Shown here in pieces: positions 50,434 through 60,378 of a stretch of DNA of 64,000 nt (position 1 is the stretch's first letter; each line of letters starts with the position of its first letter). The translations under genes were made by a program, and so were the position numbers. Under the pieces are notes generated by a model. That model searched no databases. It saw only the letters and a list, made by a program, of their open reading frames with translations, and was not told the DNA's origin. Source of the DNA: a bacterium (GTDB taxonomy: Bacteria > SAR324 > XYD2-FULL-50-16 > G965216635); NCBI GenBank assembly GCA_965216635.1, contig OZ244188.1:928001-992000 (forward strand), given 5' to 3'.

Positions 50434-51578
50434 ACAATTTTTATTAGGCTATCAAAGTCATGCATTTTTATCCTTAAAAAATACAAGGCTTTAGAAAGGG
50501 TGATTTCATCATAAGCGTAAGCATCATAAATGGTACGGATATAGTTTCTACCCATTCGGTTTCTTAATGGATAAGGATATTTAGGTTTGTCTGCAGTATG
50601 GGTGTTTTTTTTTTGTGGTTCGTTGGATTCTGGTCTTCTTTCTTTTATTTCTTTAAAAATCCTCCATTCTTTTTTGTATTCTTTTTTGAGTTGATTGTAG
50701 CATTCTTGAGAGATTTTTTCTGCTTTTATTAGTCTAGTAGCAAAATGGATTTTACTTATATTGAAATTTTTACTAGCTTCTTTAATCTCCGCTTCGCTCC
50801 AGTTGGTTATATTTTGGCAATACTGCTGAAAAATCTCTTTAGGCAGTAAAACTTCACTTGCAAAGTCGTTACATTGTTTTTCTATATTATTTTTCTCTTG
50901 GGACAAGAAAAAAGTGTCTTTTCCTCCTACGGCTAAATGATATAGTTCGTGTAAAAGAGTAAATACTTTAGAATGTTGCGCTTGTTGATGGTTGATAATG
51001 ATTGCTTTATGTCTACATTCACTAGCAGTTAGACAAATGCCATTGATAGATTCGTCTAATTGATTGTTTGATTTAGTTTGAAAAATTAAAAGATTGGGAA
51101 AAAAGTTTTCTAGTGTTTTTAATAAAACACCAAACTTTTGATTTGTTTTATTTTGGTTTTGATAGTCTATAACATCGCTTACTTTTTTTAATAGCTCTTT
51201 AGGGTTATGAAAAAAAAGAGGCGTAGTGTCATTAAAAGCTTCAAAATTAGCAATATAGTTACCTGCTGTTAATACTTCTCTTTTTAGGTTGTAATTGTTA
51301 GCAATTTTTAATTCTTCTAGTTGGTTTTCTCGGATTCTAAAATCACTAATAAAATCTTTTCTATTAAATTCTTTTAAAAGAAAATCACCTGTATCGCAAC
51401 AGTATTCTTCTGCTATTTTTGCTAACTCTTTATAGGTGATTTCTACTTCGTTTCCAAAGAATGATAGTTGCTTTTCCCAAATATCCAATTTTTTATAGCC
51501 TAAAATTTTAGCAGCTTCTTCTAAAGTAAGTCCTAAATATTCTCTGCTTTTTTTTAGTGCTAGTGGGTTGATTTTCAT
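50430..51578 (-). CDS. HTH + ImmA/IrrE (COG2856) Zn metallopeptidase
   Basis: N-terminal Xre-like HTH; FTLLHELYH, E..CNDFASEVLLP. Confidence 0.88.
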   Translation of the reverse strand: MKINPLALKKSREYLGLTLEEAAKILGYKKLDIWEKQLSFFGNEVEITYKELAKIAEEYCCDTGDFLLKEFNRKDFISDFRIRENQLEELKIANNYNLKREVLTAGNYIANFEAFNDTTPLFFHNPKELLKKVSDVIDYQNQNKTNQKFGVLLKTLENFFPNLLIFQTKSNNQLDESINGICLTASECRHKAIIINHQQAQHSKVFTLLHELYHLAVGGKDTFFLSQEKNNIEKQCNDFASEVLLPKEIFQQYCQNITNWSEAEIKEASKNFNISKIHFATRLIKAEKISQECYNQLKKEYKKEWRIFKEIKERRPESNEPQKKNTHTADKPKYPYPLRNRMGRNYIRTIYDAYAYDEITLSKALYFLRIKMHDFDSLIKIV

Positions 51579-51596
51579 TGTTTCTTTATTAAATAA

Positions 51597-54437
51597 TCAA
51601 AAATTTTTTAGTATTTCTAAAAGTTTTGTTCTGTGTTTGCTGAAATCGTTTTTTCCGTCTTCGTCTGTAAAGCAGTGATATTGAAATTTTTTATTGTAGT
51701 TTAAAAAGGTTTCTTTGACAAATTTTTCTTTGGCTTTAAAAGAGTTATCTTCGTAAATTTTTCCTTTGGTCTCTAGGATAAGCACTTTTTCTATTTCAGC
51801 ATTTCTTGTTTTGTTTTGGTATTTTTTGCCTGTTTTTCTTTTAAGAATTAAAAAATCGGGAGTATAGTTTCCTCTGGGGGTTTGTATCCAAAAAGACTGT
51901 AAATCTTTGTCTTTATAACCGTTATAATAGACTTCGTATTTTTTTAGGGCTTCGTATTTTAGCATTTCTTCAAGAGCGTTTTGTTCAAGGCTAGAATCCA
52001 TTTTATAAGGACTATAGTTGTAGCTGATGTCTTGCGGGTCAGCTCCATTGTTTTCAAAAAAATCTTCTTCCATATATTCGGGGTGATTTTTATAGCCTCT
52101 ATTTCCTTCAAAATTAGCTTTTTCTATTTTGGGCATAAATTTATGAGGAACTCCAGCCCCAGAATAAAAAGGAATAAAAGGTTCTGCAATGTCCCATTGT
52201 AAAAGTTGAATTTCTGTGTTTTCGCTAATTTCTTTTTTCTCGTAGCTTATTTCGTTTAAAAAATAACCAGCAATATGGGAAATAATATCGCTTAGTTTCA
52301 ATATAGGATGCTTTTCTATCCATCCCATTTCTGCGATTATTTTATTGTGGACTTGCTTTATTTCTTTTTCGTAATTTTGGCAGAGATTCGTCTCATTGAG
52401 ACCTTCTTGCCAATAGAGAGATTTTGCGAGTGCATAAATAAAGTCAATATAAGTAAAATAAAAATCGTGGGTGAGATTGTCTTTTTTTTCATGGTTTATT
52501 GTTTCTCTAATTAGACTACTTTCTCCTATTTTTGCTGTTTGGGTTTGGTAATTGGTTGGAAATTTTATTTTTATTGTTTGCATGGAAAAATTTTGGAGTG
52601 CTTGTTTGGGTTGTGCTTCTTTTTTACAAATAATTTTATAAGTTGCTTTTACTTGGTTGTATTTCAGAGTTCCTAGTCTGGGTTTTCTTAATTGCACTTG
52701 GATACTATTTTCTTTGCTTGGCACAAGATCTGTTATCTTGAGTCTGTAATTATCTCTTAGTTCTTGGTCTAGAGTTCGGTAATTGTCTGGGGAAAGATAG
52801 ACAAGTGCTTTTTCTTTTTTAGCGTCCTCTACTTCTCTTAAACAACGGCAGCAGGCTTGTATCACAAAAATTTTCGTTGTTTCTCTACGAGGCAAAACAA
52901 CAGCTGTGAGACTTTTGCAATCCCAACCTTCTTTGCCTACTGCGACCAACAAGATTACTCTTTTTTGAGAGTGAGGTTGGTCTAGGTTATGAAAAACAGC
53001 AAGATTTTCTTTAGGGAGTTTGTAGGCTTTTTCTTTAGCTGCAGAGTAGTAGCAAAAAATTTCTGCTTCTTTTTCAAGACGGTTTTTTTGATACCATTCT
53101 TTTACAAGAGGTAAAAAAACTTCGTTGAGTTTTTCAATGGTAGGGCAGTAAAAAGCAATTTTACTTTTTGTTCCGTTGGTATATTCAAAGTCGTAATTTT
53201 TAAAAAAATCACTTAGGGCTTGATGCACAAAATCTTTGTCTGCTGTATCTTTGCTTTTGATATCAGGGATTTTTAAAAAATCGCCTATGCCAAGATTTAA
53301 GGGGTAGTTATAAACTGTATCTTGGATTTGGTTGAGCCGTATTTTCTCTTCATTGATGATAAGACTGCTTTTGATATAGGGCGTGCCAGAAAGTCCAATA
53401 ACGTTATTGATATTTTGGTACTGGTTGAGAGTGTCTACTGCTTGCCGTAGTTTTTTTTCACTGTTGCCAGTGCTATTATAACTATGATGCACTTCGTCTA
53501 ATACTACTCCTAGCTGAGGAATTTTTGAAAGTGCGGTGCGTAATTCATTGGAATTTGTAATTTCTGCCTCTTCTTTTTGGGGAAATTTTTGAAAGCCTAG
53601 TTTTTGTTTTTTACTATCTTCATTATATTTTTCTAAAACTACTTTTTCGGCATTGGTAATAAAAACCAAACCAAAATTTTCGCTTTGAGTTAAACGATTG
53701 ACTTTTTCTAGGTTGGGATTGTTGCCTTGTAGTTTGTCCTTTCTTTTGGAGCTCAGACTATCCAAAACTTCAATTTTTATATGTTGTTTGATTTTTTTGG
53801 CTGCTGTTTCTGGTAAAATCCAATAAGGGTCAAAATCTTTAATCGTTTTTAAAGATGGTAAAATCGCAGTCTTACTCGCATGGGGAGCTAGCACTACAAA
53901 ATTGTGCGCAAATCTTTTATCTTTTTTAGCAAAAATACTCGCAAAGTATAAATCAAGGTAAATAAAACAAGCTATGAGAAAGGTTTTACCCGCTCCCATA
54001 GGAAGACTATAAAGATAATTGGGGTAAGAAAAATTGTGCAGCAATTCATCAAGAAAATTTTCCCATTTGTTGCCTTCTTCTTTTTTGCTCCTTAAATCTC
54101 TGGCTAGGTTTTTTAATGAATTGTCTTCAAAAAATTGATTGAGAAATTGTTGGGTAAAGTTATTTCTAAAAATATGAGAATAGTCATAATTTTCAGCAAT
54201 TTCTTTGTCATAAAGTAAGCCTTGTCTAACAATAGCGGATAGTTTTTGATTTTGCCCTATAAATTTAATCCACAAATAATTTCTAATAGCTTCTTTTTGT
54301 GGGATGCGGAGTTTGTTTTGCTTATCAATGGTTTGGAATAAATTACCAATAATAGACTGAGAAAATTCTTTTTCTGCAAATAACCAAATAGATGCTTTGT
54401 GAGAAATAAGGTTATAGATTGTATTTTTTTCTGCCAT
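51597..54437 (-). CDS. Type III-like restriction subunit (SF2 helicase + PD-(D/E)xK nuclease)
   Basis: MGAGKT Walker A, DEVHH, EGWD, Q..CRCLR, YTPDF..ETKG. Confidence 0.85.
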   Translation of the reverse strand: MAEKNTIYNLISHKASIWLFAEKEFSQSIIGNLFQTIDKQNKLRIPQKEAIRNYLWIKFIGQNQKLSAIVRQGLLYDKEIAENYDYSHIFRNNFTQQFLNQFFEDNSLKNLARDLRSKKEEGNKWENFLDELLHNFSYPNYLYSLPMGAGKTFLIACFIYLDLYFASIFAKKDKRFAHNFVVLAPHASKTAILPSLKTIKDFDPYWILPETAAKKIKQHIKIEVLDSLSSKRKDKLQGNNPNLEKVNRLTQSENFGLVFITNAEKVVLEKYNEDSKKQKLGFQKFPQKEEAEITNSNELRTALSKIPQLGVVLDEVHHSYNSTGNSEKKLRQAVDTLNQYQNINNVIGLSGTPYIKSSLIINEEKIRLNQIQDTVYNYPLNLGIGDFLKIPDIKSKDTADKDFVHQALSDFFKNYDFEYTNGTKSKIAFYCPTIEKLNEVFLPLVKEWYQKNRLEKEAEIFCYYSAAKEKAYKLPKENLAVFHNLDQPHSQKRVILLVAVGKEGWDCKSLTAVVLPRRETTKIFVIQACCRCLREVEDAKKEKALVYLSPDNYRTLDQELRDNYRLKITDLVPSKENSIQVQLRKPRLGTLKYNQVKATYKIICKKEAQPKQALQNFSMQTIKIKFPTNYQTQTAKIGESSLIRETINHEKKDNLTHDFYFTYIDFIYALAKSLYWQEGLNETNLCQNYEKEIKQVHNKIIAEMGWIEKHPILKLSDIISHIAGYFLNEISYEKKEISENTEIQLLQWDIAEPFIPFYSGAGVPHKFMPKIEKANFEGNRGYKNHPEYMEEDFFENNGADPQDISYNYSPYKMDSSLEQNALEEMLKYEALKKYEVYYNGYKDKDLQSFWIQTPRGNYTPDFLILKRKTGKKYQNKTRNAEIEKVLILETKGKIYEDNSFKAKEKFVKETFLNYNKKFQYHCFTDEDGKNDFSKHRTKLLEILKNF

Positions 54438-54527
54438 AAAAACTAATTTTCTTTTGTTAAGTGCCAACCATCTTCTGCAGGACAAGAATATACGTTTAAT
54501 TTTTTTCTTTCTTCTTTATAAATTATA

Positions 54528-54667
54528 TAGACCTTTGAATTTGCGTTATGTGACGGCTAGGCAAGGCGAAAAATTTTTTTAGCTCGTAGGAATACTGAAG
54601 TATTTCAAGAGTTAAAAAAATTTTTCAACGCTGCATAGGCTAAACAGAATGCAAATTCAAAAGTCTA
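54528..54667. mobile_element. Palindromic MITE-like repeat (140 bp) at the right border of the defence island
   Basis: tagacctttgaatttg ... caaattcaaaagtcta; inverted relative to the 45919 copy. Confidence 0.9.
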
Positions 54668-54944
54668 TTATATCCGCTCTACGCTGAGCATCTTCTTTTG
54701 ATAAATAAGAATCTTTATAATTTCCATCTCTACCTGTACAGAAACGACATTTTTTGCTTGGTGTTTGTCTATCTTTAAGACCCAAGTGCCATAGAAAGCA
54801 TTTAGAACACTGATAAGGCGTTAGATTTCTTTGGTAATTTTCATTAGCATATTCTGCTGCTTCTTCTGCTTCTATTTCTGTATCATACTCTGTAAGTGGT
54901 TCTTTTGATTGTTTTCCAAAGCAAGTCTCACTTTTCTGATTCAT
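54657..54944 (-). CDS. Small Cys/His-rich hypothetical protein, probably truncated by the MITE
   Basis: Y..E.EA..A..YQCSKCFLWH motif; a second repeat starts but ends in the MITE terminus. Confidence 0.55.
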   Translation of the reverse strand: MNQKSETCFGKQSKEPLTEYDTEIEAEEAAEYANENYQRNLTPYQCSKCFLWHLGLKDRQTPSKKCRFCTGRDGNYKDSYLSKEDAQRRADIIDF

Positions 54945-54951
54945 AGTTTTT

Positions 54952-55518
54952 TTAAGTGAAGGATTGTGTTTTTTCGGAGATGTTGGTGTAGTATTTTATT
55001 TTGCCGATTTTTTGGGCAATTTTTTCAAAACATTCTGCTTTGTTTTCTGCTTGCTGTAACATTTCAAAATCTTGGTTGAGTTCTTTGGTGAGGTTTTGTT
55101 GTTCTTTTTTGAGTTCTTCTATTAGCTCTTTTTCTTCGGTAAGGGCATTGGGTTGTTCTAGTTTTTCTCTGATTTCTAGCATTTCTAGTAAAAAATCTTG
55201 TGGTTGGGTGAAATCTTTTTCTGCGGGTGTTTTATAAATTAAACCGCAAAGGTAAATGGCTCTTTGGAATGGATTGGAGAGAGTATCTTTGGCGTGTTTT
55301 AGAATTGCGGAGTATTTTAGACTGATTTTTTTTTGAGTTTCTTTTGCTGTAGCAAATAAATCAGGATGCAGTTGCAATATCCAATTTTCAAAGGAGAGTT
55401 CTAGCTTTACTTTATCTAAAGAGTATTTTTTAGGTAGATTAAAAAGAGAAAAGTGGTCGGGAATTTCTACCTTTTCTCTGAGATTTCCATCTTCTGCAAA
55501 GAAGATATTTTCATCCAT
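54952..55518 (-). CDS. hscB: Fe-S co-chaperone HscB
   Basis: J-domain HPD, L.NP..RA.YL, FLLEMLEIRE; isc context. Confidence 0.9.
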   Translation of the reverse strand: MDENIFFAEDGNLREKVEIPDHFSLFNLPKKYSLDKVKLELSFENWILQLHPDLFATAKETQKKISLKYSAILKHAKDTLSNPFQRAIYLCGLIYKTPAEKDFTQPQDFLLEMLEIREKLEQPNALTEEKELIEELKKEQQNLTKELNQDFEMLQQAENKAECFEKIAQKIGKIKYYTNISEKTQSFT

Positions 55519-55521
55519 TGT

Positions 55522-55869
55522 TTAGGCAAAGGTGGTCTGCTTGGGCGTGAACGAAGTTCCGCAACCACAAGCGGCATTTGCCTTGGGATTGTCAAATTTA
55601 AAGCCTCTTTCCATTAGGGAAGTTTTAAAATCTACTTCTGTTCCGTCTATGTAAAGTAGGCTTTTTCTATCTACAATAATTTTAAGATATTTGGATTCAA
55701 AAACCCTGTCAAACTTATCGGGAGTTTTTTGCTCAAAATCAAAATAGTAAGTAAATCCAGCGCAACCTCCTCCTTTGATTCCTAATCGTACAGGAATATC
55801 TTCTGTGAGGGAGTTTTCTTGCATTATTCTGCGAATTTCTTTTGCTGCATTTTCGGTTAAGACAATCAT
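55522..55869 (-). CDS. iscA: Fe-S cluster assembly A-type carrier
   Basis: GGGCAG, CGCGTSF. Confidence 0.92.
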   Translation of the reverse strand: MIVLTENAAKEIRRIMQENSLTEDIPVRLGIKGGGCAGFTYYFDFEQKTPDKFDRVFESKYLKIIVDRKSLLYIDGTEVDFKTSLMERGFKFDNPKANAACGCGTSFTPKQTTFA

Positions 55870-55932
55870 TGCTTATTTTTTATCTTGGAATTTCACAGTT
55901 GGCAGTAAAAGTACAATACGTGCCTGCTATTA

Positions 55933-56127
55933 TAGACTTTTGAATTTGCCAAATAGGACAAAACCAGCTGTTTAGCCTATGCAGCGTTGAAAAAAATTTT
56001 TAACTCTTGCCATTTGTGAAGAAATGCTCTTGAGTATTCCTACGAGCTAAAAATTTTTTTCGCACCTGTTCTAACCATCTGGCTAGCCCCAATAGTGGGG
56101 TAAGCATCAGCGAAATTCAAAGGTCTA
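55933..56127. mobile_element. Palindromic MITE-like repeat between iscU and iscA
   Basis: tagacttttgaatttg ... aaattcaaaggtcta; near reverse complement of copy 2. Confidence 0.9.
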
Positions 56128-56152
56128 TATTATTTTAACTTGCCTCAAAACT

Positions 56153-56533
56153 CTAGTTTGCTACCTGTTTGCCTTTGTAATCTTTGATTGCTGCTTTGAT
56201 TGCATCTTCTGCTAAAACAGAGCAATGAATTTTTACAGGAGGCAAAGCTAATTCTTCAGAAATATCAGAATTAGTAATAGCATAAGCTTCATCTAGTGTT
56301 TTTCCTTTAATCCATTCTGTAGCAAGACTAGAGCTAGCAATAGCACTACCACAACCAAAGGTTTTAAATTTGGCGTCTACAATAGTACCTTTTTCTACTT
56401 GCACCTGAAGTTTCATAACATCGCCGCATTCTGGTGCTCCAACAATACCAGTGCCTACAGAATTATTTCCTTTTTCTAAGGAACCTACATTTTTAGGATT
56501 TTTATAATGATCCAATACTTTTTCATCATACAT
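56153..56533 (-). CDS. iscU: Fe-S scaffold IscU
   Basis: CGDVM, FGCGSAIASSS, LPPVKIHCS. Confidence 0.96.
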   Translation of the reverse strand: MYDEKVLDHYKNPKNVGSLEKGNNSVGTGIVGAPECGDVMKLQVQVEKGTIVDAKFKTFGCGSAIASSSLATEWIKGKTLDEAYAITNSDISEELALPPVKIHCSVLAEDAIKAAIKDYKGKQVAN

Positions 56534-56652
56534 AGTATGTTTTAAGTTGAGGTTAATAAAAAATTTTAAAATTAATTTTGTTTTTCTGCATCTTTTAGTT
56601 CTTCTAACGACATCTCACAATACTTACTAAACCTATTTGTAGTAGCTTTTGT

Positions 56653-56973
56653 TTAAAATTTAGCTTTATAATAAATCTCCTGTAAAAATAAAATATCATT
56701 TTCAATAAAAACTATTATCCTCATTCTATCACTACATTTTAGGTCAAATGATCTCAATTTCTTATAAACATAAAATATTCTTTTATTACAATCTGTGTCT
56801 GCACATTCTTCAAAATATTCTTTTTGTTCCCTTAATAAAAGCGTATCTAATATTACTTCTTTAAATTTGTCTATATCTTTCTTTAAATTTCTAAATCTTT
56901 TTAACTTTTTGGAATAATCTGTTACAAATTCTTCTAATTCTATAATTTTTTTAATATATTCTGTTTTTAACAT
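56653..56973 (-). CDS. Putative RelE-like toxin
   Basis: Small basic protein; F....KKLKR, YKKLR, RII, EIYYK; downstream of DUF4065. Confidence 0.55.
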   Translation of the reverse strand: MLKTEYIKKIIELEEFVTDYSKKLKRFRNLKKDIDKFKEVILDTLLLREQKEYFEECADTDCNKRIFYVYKKLRSFDLKCSDRMRIIVFIENDILFLQEIYYKAKF

Positions 56974-56983
56974 TGAAATTAAT

Positions 56984-57466
56984 TTAAGAAACAGAATATC
57001 TTTTCAGTCTATAAAAAACTAATTCAGGGTCTAAATTTTCATTATTTTTGGCTAATCTATAAGGTGTATCTTCGTGTGAATACTCGCTAACTTGAGTAGC
57101 AGTCATTCCTGAGCACTTTTTAATTGCATTATCTATCTGTTCAATTTCTTCTTGAGGAAGAAAATTAGGTTTTTTAAGTGAAAAAAATTTTTCTTTAAAA
57201 CCTATACCCCATTGTATTTTTTCAGAGTTTATTGTTTTTTCATTTTTTAACTCCTTAACTATTTCATCAAAGTTTCTAGGAGCTGGACCTTTATCTAACC
57301 TAGAATAAGTTTCATTTGTAATTAACCTATTGTTTTTTTCATAAAAGTCAAAATCTGAAAAATATAATATTTTCCAAAGATGTGTTTTATAAACTTTGTC
57401 TTGCTTAGTTTGATGAATAATATAATGCAAAACATCTTTAAATTTCTTTCTATTAAATTTAGTCAT
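56984..57466 (-). CDS. Panacea/DUF4065 antitoxin
   Basis: KTHLWKILYFSDF, Y.RL..GPAP, SEYSH.D. Confidence 0.82.
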   Translation of the reverse strand: MTKFNRKKFKDVLHYIIHQTKQDKVYKTHLWKILYFSDFDFYEKNNRLITNETYSRLDKGPAPRNFDEIVKELKNEKTINSEKIQWGIGFKEKFFSLKKPNFLPQEEIEQIDNAIKKCSGMTATQVSEYSHEDTPYRLAKNNENLDPELVFYRLKRYSVS

Positions 57467-57541
57467 TTCTATTCTATCTAATAAGTTCTTTATAGATTAA
57501 TATTTTTCCCTTAACTGCTTTATACAATAAGGCTATAAATT

Positions 57542-58765
57542 TTAATGCCCAGACCATTCAATAGTAGATAGGTCTATCCCTTCTTTTACCATTTCATAAA
57601 GAGGCGACATTTCTCTTAAACGAGTAGCCACACTTACCATTTTTTCAATCACTCTGTCAATTTCTTCTTCGGTTGTGAAACGACCTATACTAAAACGGAT
57701 AGAAGAATGCGCTGCTTCGTCTCCTACTCCCAACGCTCTAAGAACATAAGAAGGCTCTAGTGAAGCAGAAGTGCAAGCAGAACCAGAAGAAACGGCTATA
57801 TCTTCTATTCCCATCATTAAACTTTCCCCTTCAATATAGCAAAAACTCAAATTTAAAATACCGGGAAGGCGGTTTTCTGGGTGTCCGTTGAGAGTAAGAT
57901 AATCTATTTTATCAGTTAAGCCCTTATGAAGCCTTTCACGCAAAGCTGTGATTTTTACCATAGATTCTGACAGAGTATTTTTGCAAATTTCACAAGCTTT
58001 CCCCAAACCTATAATTCCCGTTACATTCATAGTTCCAGAACGCATGCCTCTTTCGTGTCCTCCGCCGTGCACTATTGGACTCAACCTTACTCTAGGATTT
58101 CTACGACGAACATACAAAGCACCTACTCCTTTGGGTCCATAAATTTTATGTCCAGATAAAGAAAGCAGGTCTATATTCATTTCTTCTACATCTATCGGAA
58201 TTTTACCGACAGCTTGTGTTGCGTCTGTATGAAAAAATACATTTTTTTCACGAGCAATTTTTCCAATTTCTTCAATAGGGTGTAAAACACCAATTTCATT
58301 ATTGGCAGCCATTAAAGAAATTAAAACAGTTTTATCGGTAATAGCTTTTTTCAATTCTTCTAAATCAATCATGCCATCCTTATCTACTTCTAAAAAAGTA
58401 ACATCAAAACCTTTTGTTTCAAGGTAGTGGACGGGGTCTAAAACAGCCTTGTGTTCTGTAAGACAAGTAATAATATGATTGCCTCTTTCTCGATACATCT
58501 CTGTAATCCCTAAAAGAGCCATATTATTAGATTCGGTAGAACCGCTGGTAAAAATAATTTCTTTAGCTGTTGCTCCAATTAAATTTGCAACCTGCTTTCT
58601 TGCATTTTCTACCGCTTCTTCTGCTTCCCATCCGTAGCTATGGTTTCTACTCGCTGCATTACCAAAAACATTTGTAAAATAAGGCAACATTACTTCCAAT
58701 ACATTCGGATCTACTGGAGTAGTAGCCGAATAGTCTAAATAAATTCTCTCTTTTTTATCTAACAT
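57542..58765 (-). CDS. iscS: Cysteine desulfurase IscS
   Basis: [28 protein letters not shown]-terminal IEWSGH. Confidence 0.97.
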   Translation of the reverse strand: MLDKKERIYLDYSATTPVDPNVLEVMLPYFTNVFGNAASRNHSYGWEAEEAVENARKQVANLIGATAKEIIFTSGSTESNNMALLGITEMYRERGNHIITCLTEHKAVLDPVHYLETKGFDVTFLEVDKDGMIDLEELKKAITDKTVLISLMAANNEIGVLHPIEEIGKIAREKNVFFHTDATQAVGKIPIDVEEMNIDLLSLSGHKIYGPKGVGALYVRRRNPRVRLSPIVHGGGHERGMRSGTMNVTGIIGLGKACEICKNTLSESMVKITALRERLHKGLTDKIDYLTLNGHPENRLPGILNLSFCYIEGESLMMGIEDIAVSSGSACTSASLEPSYVLRALGVGDEAAHSSIRFSIGRFTTEEEIDRVIEKMVSVATRLREMSPLYEMVKEGIDLSTIEWSGH

Positions 58766-58869
58766 AGTTTTCTATAGGTTAATTCACTATAAGTATTACA
58801 ATTTTTTTGTTTGTTGTCAAGTTTTTAAATATCCTTGATTTTTAAACTTTAACATTATAGGAAATCCAG

Positions 58870-58917
58870 ACAGGGTGCGAAAATTTTTTTATGCCTAACC
58901 TAGCCGTTACACAACAC
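58870..58917. repeat. Degenerate MITE internal fragment
   Basis: ggtgcgaaaattttttt...cctagccgttacacaacac. Confidence 0.5.
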
Positions 58918-58963
58918 TTTAACCTCCATTAGGAGACGATTTTGAGAAGTTGCCGACTGTGAA

Positions 58964-60307
58964 TTAGTGCAAAAAATTATAAAAATCAGAAACATTTTTA
59001 AAGCTATTTACCTGTAAAGAGCCTATTTCAGAAGGTTTTTGAGACATTTTTCCTAAAAAAGCTTGCTTAAAACCACATCTTTCTGTTTCTTTGAGTCTAT
59101 CTTTCCAATTTCCATTAAGGCTGATTTGCCCTGTTAAAGCAACTTCACCTAAAAAAATACTATAAGCAGGTAATGGTTGATTGGTATGGCTACTAATGAT
59201 GGTAGCTAGAGCAGCCAAGCTAATTAACGGTTCGTTGCAGCGGTATCCTCCCGCAATATTGAGATAAACATCGTTTTGGCTCAATTCTACACCTAAAAAT
59301 TTATCCAATACTGCTAAAAGCAAAAGCAATTTGCTCCTATCCAAGCCTACTGATGTTTTTAAAGAAGCAGGGTGGGTGTGCTTGCCCACGAGAGCTTGAA
59401 TTTCTATCAGAAGAGTGCGGTTGCCTTGCATCATAGGAAAAAAAGCAGTCCCGCTAATAGATTCTTCGGCAAGATTAGACATTAAAACCTTATTGGGTTG
59501 TGAAATTTCTGCTAAACCTTTTGCTGTCATTTTAAAAAGCCCAGTTTCAAAGGTAGAACCAAAGCGGTTTTTTGCAGCTCTGAGAGTTTTGAGTCCGTAG
59601 TTATTTTCTTCCTCTAGGTAAAGTACATAATCTACCATATGTTCTAAAATTTTAGGTCCTGCAAGATTACCTTCTTTAGTAATATGTCCTACAAGCAAAA
59701 AAGTAGCGGGGTTTTGCTTGGAGTAGTGCAAAATTTTCATAGTGCATTCCCTAACCTGCGTCTGATTCCCAGCGGAACTAGGATTTTCACCTGTGCTAAT
59801 AGTCTGAATAGAGTCAATTACAATGAAATCTGGTTTTAACTGGGTAACAGTAGTCAAGATATTTTCTAAGCTATTTTCTATGATGATAAAAATATCTTCC
59901 TGCGGTATTTCAAGCCTTTGAGCTCGTAGTTTAATTTGACTTGCCGATTCCTCTCCTGAAACATAAAGTACTTTTTTCTTGATTTTTGTAAGTCTGCCTA
60001 AAATTTGTAAAATCAAGGTAGATTTTCCAATACCGGGAGCACCCCCCAATAAACCAATAGATTGATAAACAAAACCTTTACCCAATACTCTATCTAGTTC
60101 ATAAACTCCTGTTTGCCATATATCTTTTTCTTCTGTTTCGGCGATAGCTGCAAGATTTTTTGTTTCTGAGATGGTAGTGGTTTGAGATAATTCTTCATTA
60201 AGCTGTTCTATACTGTCCCAACTGGAACATTGTTCGCACTTACCTTGCCATTTACTAAAAAGCGCAGCACAGTTTTTACAACGAAAAGAAAACTTTTTTT
60301 TTGACAA
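58964..60307 (-). CDS. radA: DNA repair protein RadA/Sms
   Basis: N-terminal Zn finger, GAPGIGKST, KNRFG. Confidence 0.95.
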   Translation of the reverse strand: MSKKKFSFRCKNCAALFSKWQGKCEQCSSWDSIEQLNEELSQTTTISETKNLAAIAETEEKDIWQTGVYELDRVLGKGFVYQSIGLLGGAPGIGKSTLILQILGRLTKIKKKVLYVSGEESASQIKLRAQRLEIPQEDIFIIIENSLENILTTVTQLKPDFIVIDSIQTISTGENPSSAGNQTQVRECTMKILHYSKQNPATFLLVGHITKEGNLAGPKILEHMVDYVLYLEEENNYGLKTLRAAKNRFGSTFETGLFKMTAKGLAEISQPNKVLMSNLAEESISGTAFFPMMQGNRTLLIEIQALVGKHTHPASLKTSVGLDRSKLLLLLAVLDKFLGVELSQNDVYLNIAGGYRCNEPLISLAALATIISSHTNQPLPAYSIFLGEVALTGQISLNGNWKDRLKETERCGFKQAFLGKMSQKPSEIGSLQVNSFKNVSDFYNFLH

Positions 60308-60378
60308 TGTGATTTTAAGGTTTCTAGCTGTTTTTATTTTACAACAAATAAATGAAATTGCAGTAATTTAATGTTCGT

